Below, piece after piece: positions 37,490 through 51,110 of a DNA stretch of 63,813 bases (position 1 is the first letter of the stretch; every line of letters begins with the position of its first letter). Made by a program: the position numbers and the translations under genes. Under the pieces are notes generated by a model, which saw only the letters and a program-made list of their open reading frames with translations, was not told where the DNA came from and did no database searches. Origin of the DNA: Lama glama. Taxonomy: Eukaryota. The DNA is taken from the NCBI GenBank assembly GCA_028534125.1, contig CM052817.1, positions 56,608,001 through 56,671,813 on the forward strand. The letters are read 5' to 3'.

Positions 37490-39400
37490 CAGGGCTATGT
37501 GCTGTAACAGCTAGTGCTGGTTATCATCGCTTTCTTTGAGATTACAGGAAAGGGAGTGAGGATACACTCTGATATCAGGGAGTAGGGCAGCAGAATGAAA
37601 TAACTGACATTTAATTGTTTTGTTTTCAAGTAGGAAGTAGAAAGTAAAGTCATCTGCTGAAAGGCAGTAGGCAAGTGAAGGGTTAGTGCAATTCTTATGG
37701 AAAACAGAAATAATTAACCAAGAACAAGTAAAATAATTGTGCAAGGTTGAGGTTTCATCTGAGGTCGGAGAAATATGATTTTTGTGGCTGCATTAATCTT
37801 GAGTGTGGACTTTTTTATTGAAACTTCCTTAGCCCCAAGAAGTCAGTGGCATGGACTCAGGGTTGGAATTTTGATAGGAGGATGGAACAGAGGCAGGAAT
37901 GCAGCATACTTGATGGTATTGATCAAAGATTATAAAATATACCCTTAGAGCAACAAAAGCAGCCAAAAGAACAGTGAACTACTGACAGAAAACTGTGACA
38001 TCAAGGAAACAGAATTGGCTATGTGATTTTAAAAAACAGTTGAAATTGAGGCTATCAAAGCACTGAAAACATTAAGGCTATAAACAGAAATTAAAATATT
38101 GAGGTTTGGTGTTTCTGATTGTTAGAGCAGGCAGATAGCTAGATATGAGCAGAGAAAGGGAGACACAGACCAAATGGCAGGAATTCAGCAGAAAGGAGGT
38201 GCACAAGTCAAATGCAGGAAACCACACATCATGTAAGCAGCAGGGGTCCTTGGGCAGAGAAAGAAAAGCAGGAACCTTTGGGCTGATAAGGGATCACACC
38301 TTTTTGGGTGGCAGGAGACAACAAAGAAAGGTGAGAAAAGGCAGGAATTTCCAGTGTGCAAATGTAACCTTTTGCTCATTATGCCCTCATTTTAATAAAA
38401 TTAGCCTTGCAAATCAGAAGTACCCATCATGCACTGATGCCATGACACTTCTGATCCAGACTAAATAAGGACAAAAATCCCTCCTCCCTTTGGGAAGGTG
38501 CAGTTGAGATGATAATCAGGAAATATGACCCTAAACCTTTCCCTCCCCAATGAATATTCCGCCCATTCATTTTTACACCCTATGTAACTAACTTGCCAAA
38601 GAAACACAGGGCTGCCGCTCACCTGAGCCTGCCCGCTCTTCCCTTGACAGTGTATTATTCATCCTTTAATAAATCCTCACTTTACTTTTTTAACCACTAC
38701 GTCTCGTCTCTGAATTCTTTCAGGACAGGACAAGAACCTGGAACACCGGTTGCATCTACCAGCAATATGATGATCATAATAACCAGAGTCACAAAGTGAC
38801 TAAATGTGTTGGTGATTAAAGTAGAACAGAAGTGAAATTTCATTTGAATCCAAGATATCATGGAACATAAAGAACTAAGGTATTGGATTCATTATCAACA
38901 TGGATACTGAAATCACCCTGGCTAATGCTTAGACTTATACAGTAGAAAGAAAACAGTGAAGACTTCATCAGCTAGAAAGAACTGACTAAGATATTGGCTA
39001 GTGTTTGCAATAAGAAAAGATGAGGTGGCACAGACACACAGTATTCCTCTCAGAGGCAGGACTTTTTCCCTCAGAGGTAGAGAGTACTGCTTTGGAAATG
39101 GCAATGAAGAGGCAGAAGAATGCTGACCTTACTTTCAGGCTTTCGAACATGTCGTTGGGTGTCACATAAAAGTATACTTGTATGCATCATCATCATTATC
39201 ATCATCATAATAGTATCAGTGTAGCAACAAGTCTTTATTAAGGCAGAAGTAGCTAGATGGTTCAATGAAGAGGCTCAAGATTTAGTAAGGCTGTTTATCA
39301 TGGAAGTAGGTGCTGGGATCATAAATAAACAGATTCAGAACTTATAGGACTGAATAGTATGGAAATGTGCACAAAGAAAATGCAGGATGACTGAAGGGCA
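37490..39400 (-). mobile_element. Degenerate L2 body, interrupted by a solo LTR
   Basis: Purine-rich antisense L2-like sequence on both sides of 38120-38767. Confidence 0.45.
38120..38767 (+). mobile_element. ERV1 (class I) solo LTR with 4-bp TSD
   Basis: Starts TGTTAGAGCAGGCAGATAGCTAGATATGAGCAG (similar to MER50/MER4-group starts) and ends ...CCAGCAATA (CA changed to TA). AATAAA at 38668-38673. TGAT on both sides (38116-38119 and 38768-38771). Confidence 0.88.
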
Positions 39401-41374
39401 TTATGTTTCAGGTGGATGCTAAGGGGACAGAACATGGAGGGTTTGGGTGGCAAGAGTCATCTAGATGTAACTTTGGTGCCCAAATGTGGTACCACAGCAA
39501 GGAAGGTGGGGGTGGAAGGTGACCTCAGGATGAGTTAGAGCTGTCTTGTCTGTAGAGATATGGCCAGGACATCTGCAGTGGTGCATTCCAGGCTCAGATT
39601 TGCAATAGTTTATGTAATTAATATTCTATTGTTTACATTCACTAAGTGCATAATTTATAAAAGTTCTCCCTGACTGCAAATGTTAGGGGAAATTTTCTAT
39701 TGAAAGAATTATTTCAAAAAGAGAAGCAGGGTTGCAGTGGGGGATGGAGACAGAGGGAGAGAAGAAAAAACTTAAAGTCAAGGAGGAAAAAAAGAGAGAA
39801 AGAGAATCAATCCATTTTATTAGTAGTTGCATGTGATCAGTCAGGGGACCAGAACCAGTTTGCAGAAGGGATTCTTCTTTGTTTTTCTACGAATAGTGAC
39901 AGTCTCTGAAAATAAAAGTTAAAAATGCAGGTGCCCTGGTCAAATATTTGCTTGGTGGCTATGGGAGAAAAACTTAGATTAAGGAGTCCCCAAGCATTTA
40001 TGTTGCTAACATTAAGTGAATCAATACAGTATAAATTAGGATGCTTATGACTTTGTTAGAATATAAACTCCTCATGGGTAGGATCCATCTCTTTTCCTAT
40101 TTAGGAAAGTATTTTGTATAAAAACACACATAAAAACACCTTCAGTAAATGTATTTGATAGCTTGATGACAGTACTTACATTTTAATATCTTTTCATTCT
40201 CTAATTCACTATCTTCTAGGGAAATCAATATTTAATCCTAGACTGGGATATGTGAAATCTTCCTTCTGCTGCCCTCATATAGTTATTCATTGTTGAACAG
40301 CACACACACATACACAACTACATGCATGTTTGCACCACCACACACAAAACTATGCCCAGGGAGCATATATGTAAATGTGTGTACACATAAAAGCCATGCT
40401 TCTGCAAATAACTAGAAATTTCCATGTGTTTCATCACAGCTATTACATTTTATACTCAGTGAAATGTAATGTCACTATATTAGAGCCTGATTTCTTTGCT
40501 CTCTATAAAGCACTCTTTTTTTAAATGCCAAATAAAGCTACAGTTTCATTTTAAGATAATTAACAAGGGTGATAGATTTTCCCCCAGAAGTTTACAAAGC
40601 AACATTAAAAAGTTATGTATATTTTAATATGGAGAAAAAATGGTTATTAATATTAAACTAGATTCTATGAGATTAAAGATTCATTTTAGTAATAGTTTTG
40701 GAAATTTGGAAGGTGCATTAATTCCTTAAAACAATGTCTGTATTCTTTAGCTGTTTCAGATTGAAGCATATTTATATAGCTATTATTACTTATGTCCAAC
40801 AAAAGAATTTTTTCTCTTCCGAAAAGCTGCTGATTTATTTTTTTCCCTCTTGTGGCAAACATGTAGTAATTATTGATAAGATATTCAACTAAAGAAAAAC
40901 ATAAGCTAGAAATACTATTATCACAATTCATAATTGATCATCTCTTTCTGGGTATTCTAGTCAATAATTCAAATTCCCTGCAGCATTTGTTTTTGCCATT
41001 GCTATTTTTAAGCCTCACAGAAGCCTGTTGATCAAGATGTATATTTATGTATTTTGTTTTTAATGTATCATTGCTTCATTTCTCTCAAATTCTCTACATT
41101 TGTGTACAACCATCCATTGTTGAAAAAATCTCCCTATGCAGTGAGGAAGTTGGAAACAATTTTTTAAGCTCTCTTTTGTGCTGAATATTTGTAGCTGAAT
41201 ATTATTTTGTGTGAATATCTATAGCTCACTTGCATCAGGCTAGAAACTCTTCAATTAAGTGACTCTCCAGAGAATATACACTAACTTGTATTATGAATAT
41301 GACATGACAAGAAAAGAAAGAGAGAGAATAGAGTTGTCCACATGTCTACAAGTGAGATGAATGAATTCTCACAG

Positions 41375-41765
41375 GTAGTGGCTTATTGAGGTTCCCTGAA
41401 GCCAACTCCATGATACAGATTTGAGTGCGGGAGATTTACTGGAGAACAATGCCTGAAAAGAGAAGGAAGTAAGATTGAGATAAAGGTGAAGTTGAACTGG
41501 GATGCAATTTCAAGAGGCCCCAGTGGGTCTCACAGGGAGCTCTGGCTCTTTAGAGTCATCTCAAATCCAAGTCAGAGACCAGGCATTTATAACCCATATA
41601 AACCAGTCACTGGGTACAGGACCCTCTTCCTCTGGAAAGAGAGAGAGAGAACGTTTGGTGAGGCAGCAGTTTCCACAGAGAGCGCTCCCGGAAAGGGACG
41701 CATGCATGAACCTTCAGCCAATAGAAGGAGGATCCAATTAATGCTCTGGTATCCACACCCACGGC
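41375..41765 (-). mobile_element. ERVL LTR (LTR33/LTR16-like)
   Basis: ggttccctgaagcc...gatttgagtgcgggagatttactgg ... gaagttgaactgggatgca ... cacagggagctctgg. Confidence 0.65.
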
Positions 41766-42499
41766 AACAAAAGCATAATTGTTGTTTTTACTCATCAGTC
41801 TTCTCTGATTTTAAAACCTAAACATTGATGCATCCTCAGAATTCAATTGATGGGTGCCAGTATCATTTTTATCTCTGTCAGCTCCTTGAGGTATCAGTGT
41901 ATTTCTATACATTGATTGGATTGATTGACATGTTTTCTCTCAAAATCCAATTCCGAGAATATTTAAGACACAGCAATTCAAATGGTGCTATTATTTCTTA
42001 CACTTGAAAAAGAAAGGAAAACAAGAAAAACGTAAGAAAACTTTTCTTAGACAAAAATCAATGTAAGGATTCTACTACTTGACATCTTATTAACACTGCA
42101 ATAATTTTCTAAAAGGAGCATATTATACATAGACTTTCTGAGGAAAGAAATTGAAAAAAATCATTTAAAAATCTCCAATAAATGACTATATTCTTATGTA
42201 CAAACTACAAGCACAACATGAGAAATTTCATATAATTTGCAGATGCCACCAAGACTTGTTTGAGAAACATATAGACAGTATGACAATGTTAGGAAGATTC
42301 TAAGTCATTGTAAGTTTTACATGCAAAATACACCTGCATGTCTCTGTATCTAAGAATCTCAGAAAGCAAAATATCTATCCAATTAGCCAAAGATTGACTC
42401 ATCCATTCATTTAACAGAAATTTAATGAATACCCACTATGTGTCAGGCATTGTTCTAGGACTGTGGGATAGAAAAGTGAATAAAAAATATTGATGATAA

Positions 42500-42790
42500 T
42501 TATGTTTCTAGTCTTAACTTTCTCCTCTCTCTGTTACCATATTTAAAAAAAAAATTTTTAATGCTCTTATACTGTGGATAGAGAATATTTTCTTGGCTCT
42601 TGATTTTGGAAATGGCCATGTGCTTTGATTTCACCAATATAAGGAACAGGCAGGGTTGACAGTGTGTTAGTTTCAAACTAGGACTCAAGGGGCCTTTTCT
42701 GTTTCCATTTGTTCTCTTCACCTCTGGTCAACAGTGAGAAAACATAACAGAAATAGAAACCAAATCCTGAGATAAATGAGGACCCCCCCC
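42500..42790 (+). mobile_element. MLT1 (MaLR) LTR fragment
   Basis: ctttgattttggaaatggccatgtg...tttcaccaat ... gtgtgttagtttcaaactaggactcaag. Confidence 0.55.
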
Positions 42791-43916
42791 CAAAAAAAAC
42801 TGCCTGAAATGATTAAGTATATGAATATATAAAATTATAATATTGTGAGAATAGGCAGTAAATTACTTAACACTATAGAGAATGTTGACCCACAGATTGT
42901 TTTTAATATAAAAATCACAAAATTGGCACTAATTCAGGATATGTAAAAGGATAGGCAACTACTCAGACATCTAATTCTAATCCTACTAAAATCAGATTAT
43001 CCAATAAACAAAAGAAAAAAACAGCATTACTTATCTTTTAGCCAAGTTCATTTCTCAATAGACTGAGAAGGGCAATGAGAAAAACTACTTATCTGCATTT
43101 AATTTTTAACTAGCAAATAACAGGTTGTTACTGAACTCAATAATATAAATATAGAAAATAATATCCATATTATCTTGGAATCTACCACATTAGATACTTT
43201 TAAAAATAAGTGTTTTATTTAGAATAGCTTTAGATTTATGGAAAAGCTGCAAAGATAGTACAGAAAGCTCACAAATACCTCATATCCAGTTTCTCTTATT
43301 TTTAACACCTTACATTTGTATTATATATTTATAGCAATTAATGAACATTTATATAATTTTAAACTCCATATTTTATTCAGATTTCCTTAGCTTTACCAAT
43401 ATCCTTTTTCTGTTCCAGATTTTCATCCAGCAAGTTATATTAGACTTATTTGTCAAATCTCCTTTGGTTCCTTTTGGCTGTGACAGTTTCTCAGATATTC
43501 TTTGTTTTTGAGAATCTCACTATTTTGGTCAGGCATTTTGTTGAAAGCTTCTCATTGGGATTAATATGATGTTTTCCTCATGATTAGATGGGGGTTTTGA
43601 GTTTGGGAAGGAAGACCAAAGAGGTAAAGGACCATTCTCATCACATCATATCAAGGGTATATACTATCAATATGACTTAATCAGTGTTGGCATTAACTTT
43701 GATCACTGACTTCTAGCTGAGGTAGGGTTTGTCAGGTTTCTCCATTGCAAAGTTACTTTTCCTTCTCTTTCCATATTGTACGTCTTGGAAGGAAGTCACT
43801 GTGTGTAGCCCATACTTAAAGAGTGGAGAGTTATGCTCCACCCCCTCGAGGTAAGAGTATATACATAAAACTGTTTGGAAATCTTATGCATGGGAGATTT
43901 GTCTATGCTCTAATAT

Positions 43917-43939
43917 TTATTTATTTATTTATTTATTTA
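43917..43939. repeat. (TATT)n microsatellite within L1
   Basis: Directly visible in the sequence. Confidence 0.9.
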
Positions 43940-45992
43940 GTCATTTATATCAGTGTGGACTTACGGATATTTATTTTATAGTTTGGGTTATAATCCAATA
44001 TTTATCTATTTTGCTGATCAAATTGTTTCAACTTTGCCAACTAGGAGCTCTCTCAGTCGGCACCTATACCCTTTTGACATGCCACATTGAGGAAGGTGTA
44101 TGAGTGCACTTTCTTACCTTTTGGCACTACGTCAAAGAATGACATTAGAAACTAAGTTCTAGGTACTATGTACAGTCACTGGTACCATTGTTTTTATTGT
44201 TTTTAGTGCCTCTCAGATAAAGAGCAAAGAAGTATATATGGTATACCAACTCATGTATAAACACATATCTGTCTAAACTAAGCCCAAACTTCAGGTCATA
44301 CTGAAGTCTCAAACTCTAATCCACTCCTACATAGATCATTCTAGACTCCTCTATTTGTTATTTGTAAACTCCCAGTCCAACAGTGGAAACATGACTCCCA
44401 CCATTCACCATCCACTTATAAATTGTTAACCTATATACCCATGGAAAATAATTTTATCAGCTAGAGGACATGACCTTTAGTTTTACAAAATCCACTAATT
44501 TCCAAAGTTGCATAGGTCAGCAACCTTTCCTCCCACTCCCTTCAGTGAGTCCTTCCCTATATTTGTACAGGTAAATTCATTTGTCATGCTATGTGGAGAT
44601 TCCTTGACCTCCTAAATGTTTTTTTTTTAAATTTTTGTACATTAATTTTCATTCTTTGAGCTGTAAAACTACATGAGTTTTGACAAATTCACAATGCCAT
44701 GTTTCTATCATCACAGTATCATACAGAATAGTTTCAACATCTTAAAAATTCCCTTGCTTCTCCTATTCAACCTCTCCCCAAAGAACTGTCAGACATAGAT
44801 CTGTTTACCATCTCAATAGTTTTTCCAGTCACAGAATGTTATGTAAATTGAATCATACAGTATGTAGCCTTTTCTGATTGGATTCTTTCACTAAGCAATA
44901 TGAATTAAGGTTTTGTCTATGTCTTTGGGGTGGCTTGATAGCTCATTCCTTTTTATTATTAAATAGTATTCTATTATATAGATGTACCACAGTGCATTCA
45001 TCCATTTACTTAGTGAAGAAGATCTTAGCTGCTTTGCATTTTGATGCTATTAACATTTGCATGCAGGTTTTTGGGCAGACATAAGTTTTCAAATTACTTG
45101 GGTAAAGAGCTAGGAATGTGATTGCTGGGTCATATGGCAAGACTGTTTAGATTTTTAAGAAACTGCCATGCTGTCTTCCAAAGTAGCAGTACCAACTTTC
45201 ATTCCCACCAGAAAATAAATGAGAGTTCCTGTTGCTCCACATCTTCACAAGCAGTTAATACTGCCAGATTTTTAAATTTTTACCCATTCTTGTAGGTTTG
45301 TAGTGCTATCTCATTAATAATTTGCATTTCTCTAATAACAAATTATATTGGGCACATTTTCATATACTTACTGGCATCTGTCCACTTTTTTGGTGAGTTA
45401 TCTGTTCAGATATTTTGCCCATTTTTATACTGAGTTTTTTTTCTTATTGTTGAATTGTAAGAGTTCTGTCTATATTCTGGATACAAGTTTTTTACCAAAT
45501 ACGTGCTTTACAAATATCTTATCCTATCTGTGGTGCATCTTTTCATTTTCTTAACACTCCCTTTTGCACAGCAGAAGTTTTTGATTTTAGTAAAATTCAA
45601 CTTATCAATTTTTCTCTTTCATGGATTATTCTTTTGAGCTGTATCTAAAAATTCAGTGCCAAACCTAAGTTCTTACCAACGTCCTCCTGTTTACTTCTAC
45701 ACATTCTATATGAAGTCCATGATCTATCTGCACTTGACTTTTGTGGAATGTGTAAAGTCTGTGTCAAAGTTCATTCTTTTTTATCATAAAGACATCCAAT
45801 TGTTCCAGCACAATTTTTTGGTAAGACAGTCAGTTCTACATTGTATTGCCTTTGTGCCTTTGTAAAATTCAGTTGGCTATATTTGTGTGGGTCTAGTTCT
45901 GTGCTCCCTATTCTATTCCATTGATCATCCATGTATCTATTCCTTAACTCATATCATGATATATTTATTAACATAGCAGTACAGTAAGTCTT

Positions 45993-46060
45993 TGTGATGG
46001 TTAATATTACTGTCAACTTGGTTAGGCTACAGTACCGAGATATTCTGTTAAATATTAATA
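45993..46060 (+). mobile_element. MLT2 LTR 5' stub inside the old L1
   Basis: tgtgatggttaatattactgtcaacttggttaggctacagtacc matches the MLT2C/D start. Confidence 0.65.
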
Positions 46061-49000
46061 TACCCTGCACTCAATTTCCTTTATTTTTAATACATGAATT
46101 TTGAGCATGGAATCAGCCTTGCATACCTGGAATAAATCCCACTTGGACATGATGTGTAATTTTCTTATGTATTATTGTATTTGATCCATTAATATTTTGT
46201 GAAGTTGTTTGTGTCAATATTTATGAAATATATTGGTCTGTCATTTTCTTTTCTTGTAACGTCTTTATCTAGTTTTAGTAATGTATACTTCTGGCCTCAT
46301 GAAATAAATTAGGAAGTGTTTTCTCTGCTTCCATCTTCTGGAAGAAATTGTGAAGAATTCATATTATTTCTTCCTTAACCTTTTGGTAGAATTCACCAGT
46401 AAACCCAAAAGGGCCCGTTTTATTTTTTTAATGTATATTTACTAATTATTGATCCAATTTCTTTAATAGTTATGTAGCTATTCAGATCATCTATTTCTCT
46501 TATATGAGTTTAAGTAGTTTGTGTTTTTCAGCAATTTGTCCAGTTTATCTAAGTTATCAAATTTGTAGGCACAGTATCATTTGAAGTATTTCTTTCCTCT
46601 CTTTTACTGTCCATGTGATCAGTAATGATGACTCCTCATTCTTTTCTGATATTGGCAATTTATGCCTTCTCTCTTTCTCTCTCTCGTTCTTTTTGGCCTA
46701 GCCACAAGTTTATCAATTTTATTGGTCTTGAAGAACTCAAAATATTTTTAAATTTCTCTTGAGACTTCTCCTTTGATCCATGCGTTATTTGGCATGCATT
46801 TGTTGATTTCCAAATATTGGAAGTTGTCAAGCTATTTTTATTTTATTGACTTCTAGTCTATAATTCCATTGTGATCTGGGAACATATTTGAAATATTTCT
46901 ATACATTTAAATTTGTTAAGATGTGTTTTGTGGTCTGGGATGTAGTTTATCCTGGTAAATGTTCCATGCAAACTTGAGAAAAATGTGTTACACTGTTGTG
47001 AATGGAGAATTCTCTAAATGTCTATTAGATCAACATATTTTATAGATGTCATTTGAGTTATATATATCCTTACTGATTTTCTTGATTTATCTATCAATTG
47101 CTGACAGAGGGGTATTGATACTTTCAACTTTAATAGTGGAGTTGCCTCATGTATTTTTATGCTTTGTTTTTAGGATTGTGATGACTTTTTGGAGAACTGA
47201 TCCCTTTATAATTATATACTGTCCCTCTTTATCCCTGAAACCTTTCCTTGTTCTGTAGTCTGCTTTGTTTAAAATATAGCTACACTAGCTTTTTTTTTTT
47301 ATTGGAGTTAGGATGCAATATTTTCTCCATCACTTTACTTTTAAAGTAGGATTCATATAGATAGCATATAGTAGGGTCTTATTTTTTTATACATCTGACA
47401 ACCTCTAACCTCTGCCTGGTGTAGTTAGCTCATTCGCACTTAAAAGTGAATATTAACATAGTTGAATTAATATCCACCATGTTTATAACTTTTTTCTATT
47501 TGTTGTATTTCTTCTTTGTTTATTTTTTCTGTATTTCTGTTCTTTTTCAGTATTAATTAAGTACTTTAAAAAATCTTTTCTTATAGTGTATCAATTACAT
47601 CTTTAAAAAATTCAGCAATTGCTCTGGAGTCTACACTTTTCATTGTAATCAATTTTGACATGTAGTACAAGTACTTTAAAACATGCATCCCCAATTCTTT
47701 CTTCAAATACTTGTGTCACTGCTCTCCCTCATTTTATTTATTCATATGCTGTAAGCACTAAATATATTGTTACTATTCTACTATAAATACACATTTAGGT
47801 TTTTGTTCAATTAAGAATAAGAAAAATAAAGATTTTACTTTTATTTATTCCTTCTCTGATGCTTTTCCTTTATGCAGATTTGAGCTTCTGATCTATATTA
47901 TTTCTTTCTGCCTGAAGAACTTATTTTAGTATTTCTTCTTATGGCAGACTTGCTGGTGATGAATTTCCTATTTTTGTTTTTCTGATAAAGTCTTTATTCT
48001 TACTTCAAAAGGGTAATTTTACTGGATATAGAATTATATATTGGTGTTTTTATTCTGTCAACTCTTTCAGTATTTCACTCTGCTCTCTTCATTATCACCT
48101 GGTTTCTGAGAGGCCATTGTAATTTCTATCCTTGTTCACACTTGTTCCTCTAGGTAAGGTGTTTTTGTTGTCTCCTTCAGATTTTTTTCAAAATGTTCTC
48201 TTTGTCTGGTTTTCTGCCATTCAGATATGAGATGTCAAGTTTTTGTTTCTTTTTGTTTTGTCCTGTTTTAGTATTTATTCTTCTTGATATGCTTGATATT
48301 CTCTGAGCTTCTTTGATCTGTTCTTTGGTGTCTGTCGTTAATTTGGACATTTCACATCCATTATTAATTCAAATATTTCTTATCCTCCATTCTCTCTTTC
48401 TTCTCATTTTAGTATTCCAATGGTGCATATGTTACAACTTTGAAATCATCCCACAACTCTTGGATGTTCTGTTCTGGTACTTTTTATTGTTATTATTCTC
48501 TTTTTTCCCTTTCCATATCAGCTGGTAAGATTCTATTGACCTATTTTTCAAGCTTACTGATTTTTTCTTCAAATGTGTGGAGTCTACTGATGATCCCATT
48601 GAAAGCATTCTTCATTTCTATTATAGTGTCTTTGATTTCAAGCATTTTCTTTTGATTCTGTCTTAGAGTTTTCCTCGTTGCTTACATTACCCATTTGTCC
48701 TTACATATTGTCTACTTTTCCAATTAGACTCCTTAACATAATAATTATTCATTTTAATTCACTGTCGAATAATTCCAACATCTGTGTCATACCTGAGTTT
48801 AGTTCTGATTCTTGCTTTCTCTCTTCATATTTTGTTTTATCTTCTCTTTTGACATGCCTTGTAATAATTTGCTGAAAGCATTGTATGTTGTACTGGACAA
48901 TAGGAACTTAGACAAGTAAGACTCAGTGTAAATATTTATGTTAATTTGTCTAGGAGTTGGGCTGTGTAATGTTTACTGTATCTATAGATGCCCAAGGCTT

Positions 49001-50206
49001 CAGTTTCCTCTATTGTCCTTATTTTTGTTCTCTCTCTTGACATTAGGCCTCTGTAAATATTCATGTTCAGAGAGAGAGAGAGCCTGTGTCTTACAGCTCT
49101 TTCAGCTTTAATCCCCTGCTATTATACTGGAGCCATGTTAGTATCATTGTAAGGTGTGAAGAAGTAGAAACATTTCATAATTTCCTAATTAAATCTCAGT
49201 CTTTTAGCTGGCCTATATATCTGAGCTGTAACCTTAAGAATTGTTTCTCCAGTGGTACAACTTTTCCTCCCTACCCTTTCCTGCCTCTGTGTTCCCAGTC
49301 TATTTCCTTATAGCTTGACCCCTCTTGACTCTGTTTCCTTACATACACTTTGATGAGACAAGAAGGTTGGATATGGCTGGATTGAGAGCAGTGTCTGTCC
49401 TCAGACAAAATAAGGCTTTAGTGAAGTCTATTTCTCTACAGAGTAAGACTTTGTTAATAGAGAATGCCCTAGTTGTATTTCATAATGATTATTCTTCTCT
49501 TATCTTTCCCAGAGCTAGCTACAAGGGGTTCTTTCTTGGAACCTTGGGAAAATTCCACCACGGGTACCTTGTAGAACTTCTGGAGGTAAAAATCAAAGTG
49601 CTGTGAAGGACACCCTCCAAGACTGAAGTTTCCAAGAATTTCTCACTCTCATGCTAGCCTATATTCAACTGCAGAAATTCATTAAAATTACCATTTAATT
49701 GTTCCTACTAGTTTATAGTTTCAGCACTTATACTCCAGGTAAGCAGATCTTGGCTATGGCTCTGGATGCTCCTCTCTCTCCAGACTTCAAGGAGACAATT
49801 TGCCCCTCAATCTCAGTTCTCTGATGGATTCAAGAAGAAGTCACCGATTTTCAGTTTGTCTAGCTTTTTTAAGTGATGAATTCCAAGCTCCTTTTATGTC
49901 TGAGCTCAAATGAGAAGTCTCAGCCAATTCTTAATTAGACTGGATCTTTTGAAGTATATCTGGTCAAGCTCAGGTGATAAGGGTTTCACTGTCATTAAAT
50001 AACAATAGTTTACATGAAAAGAAAAAGAATATGACATAAACACTGTAGAAATGTTTTATATATTAGGTATGAAATTGAGCTAAATAAATTTAGACATTTT
50101 GCCAGTTCTAAGACTCTATGAGTCTCTAAATTGAGGTAAGAAAGAGTAAATCAACCCAAATGAACAAATTCCCCAATAGATTGTTTATCAAATGAACATG
50201 CCTTAG

Positions 50207-50385
50207 AGCAGGGCTTTTTTTTTCACTTCAAAACCCTAAATTGAATTCAAGGTGTTTATGAAGCTTCTGAAGCTGTACAGAAAGCTGTGTATGCAAGAGC
50301 ATCTGTGCCGTTTATCCAGTTGGGTCTATAGCTTCCAACAGATTCTAAAAGAGAGTTATAACTTTTGTAAAATATTAAAAATTTA
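50207..50385. mobile_element. hAT-type DNA transposon fragment (MER103-like)
   Basis: gggtctatagcttccaacagattctaaaagagag resembles a MER103-like terminal region. Confidence 0.4.
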
Positions 50386-50469
50386 AGATTTTAAGATTAT
50401 AGCCTGTGTCTAACTTTGTGCAATAAACTGAAGACATGAGTGGTACAGAGGTTGTATTGTTTCATATCA

Positions 50470-51110
50470 AATTCAGTTCAAGAATCAAGTATTAGGTATC
50501 GTATATCAGTCATTAATGACTATATGCAACAGATCTCACCCTAGTGAGAGAGAAAATTGAGCAAGCACATGATTATATATTTTTGGTAGAAGATTCACCA
50601 CATTTAAAAGTCCAAAGATGACAAAGGTCATGTGTTCATGGAACTACATAGAGTTCAAAGTGTTGAGATAATGTTAAGTGCTCATTCTGTGAATAAAAAC
50701 ATATCTTGGTAGAAATATAGATAGATGTCAATTCCTGAAAGGCCTTATGTGCCATGCTAAGTATTTCAAACAGTCTGAAATCTATGGAGAGTCCCTGGAA
50801 AGTATTTTTATCTAAGAAGAGACATTGTCTATTTCTATTATAGAAAATTTACTCTGGCACTTATGAGGAATATAAAGAGTGGCAAAGTAAAATGTTCAAG
50901 CAAACCCAGATCGAAGAAAAACAGTCAGATTTATGGTATTTTTAATCCAAGTAAAAAATGAGGGCTGAATTATGGATATGACAATAAGATGGAATAATGC
51001 AATACGATGAAACAGTACGGATTCTGGAGGCATTAAGATGAGCACTGGATGTGGTGAGGAGGAGAGAGAAATCCAGCATGACTTTTCTCATTCCTAGCTT
51101 GGGCAAACAA
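50470..51110 (-). mobile_element. L2 LINE fragment
   Basis: aaggccttatgtgccatgctaag ... gagggctgaattatgg ... tttctcattcctagcttgggcaa. Confidence 0.6.

Larger units (their letters stand above)
43200..49920 (-). mobile_element. Old L1 (L1MC/L1MD-type), about 6.7 kb, with 3' UTR, deleted ORF2 and a 5' region
   Basis: The long 3' UTR is recognisable (gaaaagctgcaaagatagtacaga; ggaagaccaaagaggtaaag...catcacatcatatcaaggg). Antisense ORF2 runs about 45000-47100. A 5'-end-like ttccaagctcc...gaagtct lies at about 49880-49920. Confidence 0.85.
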
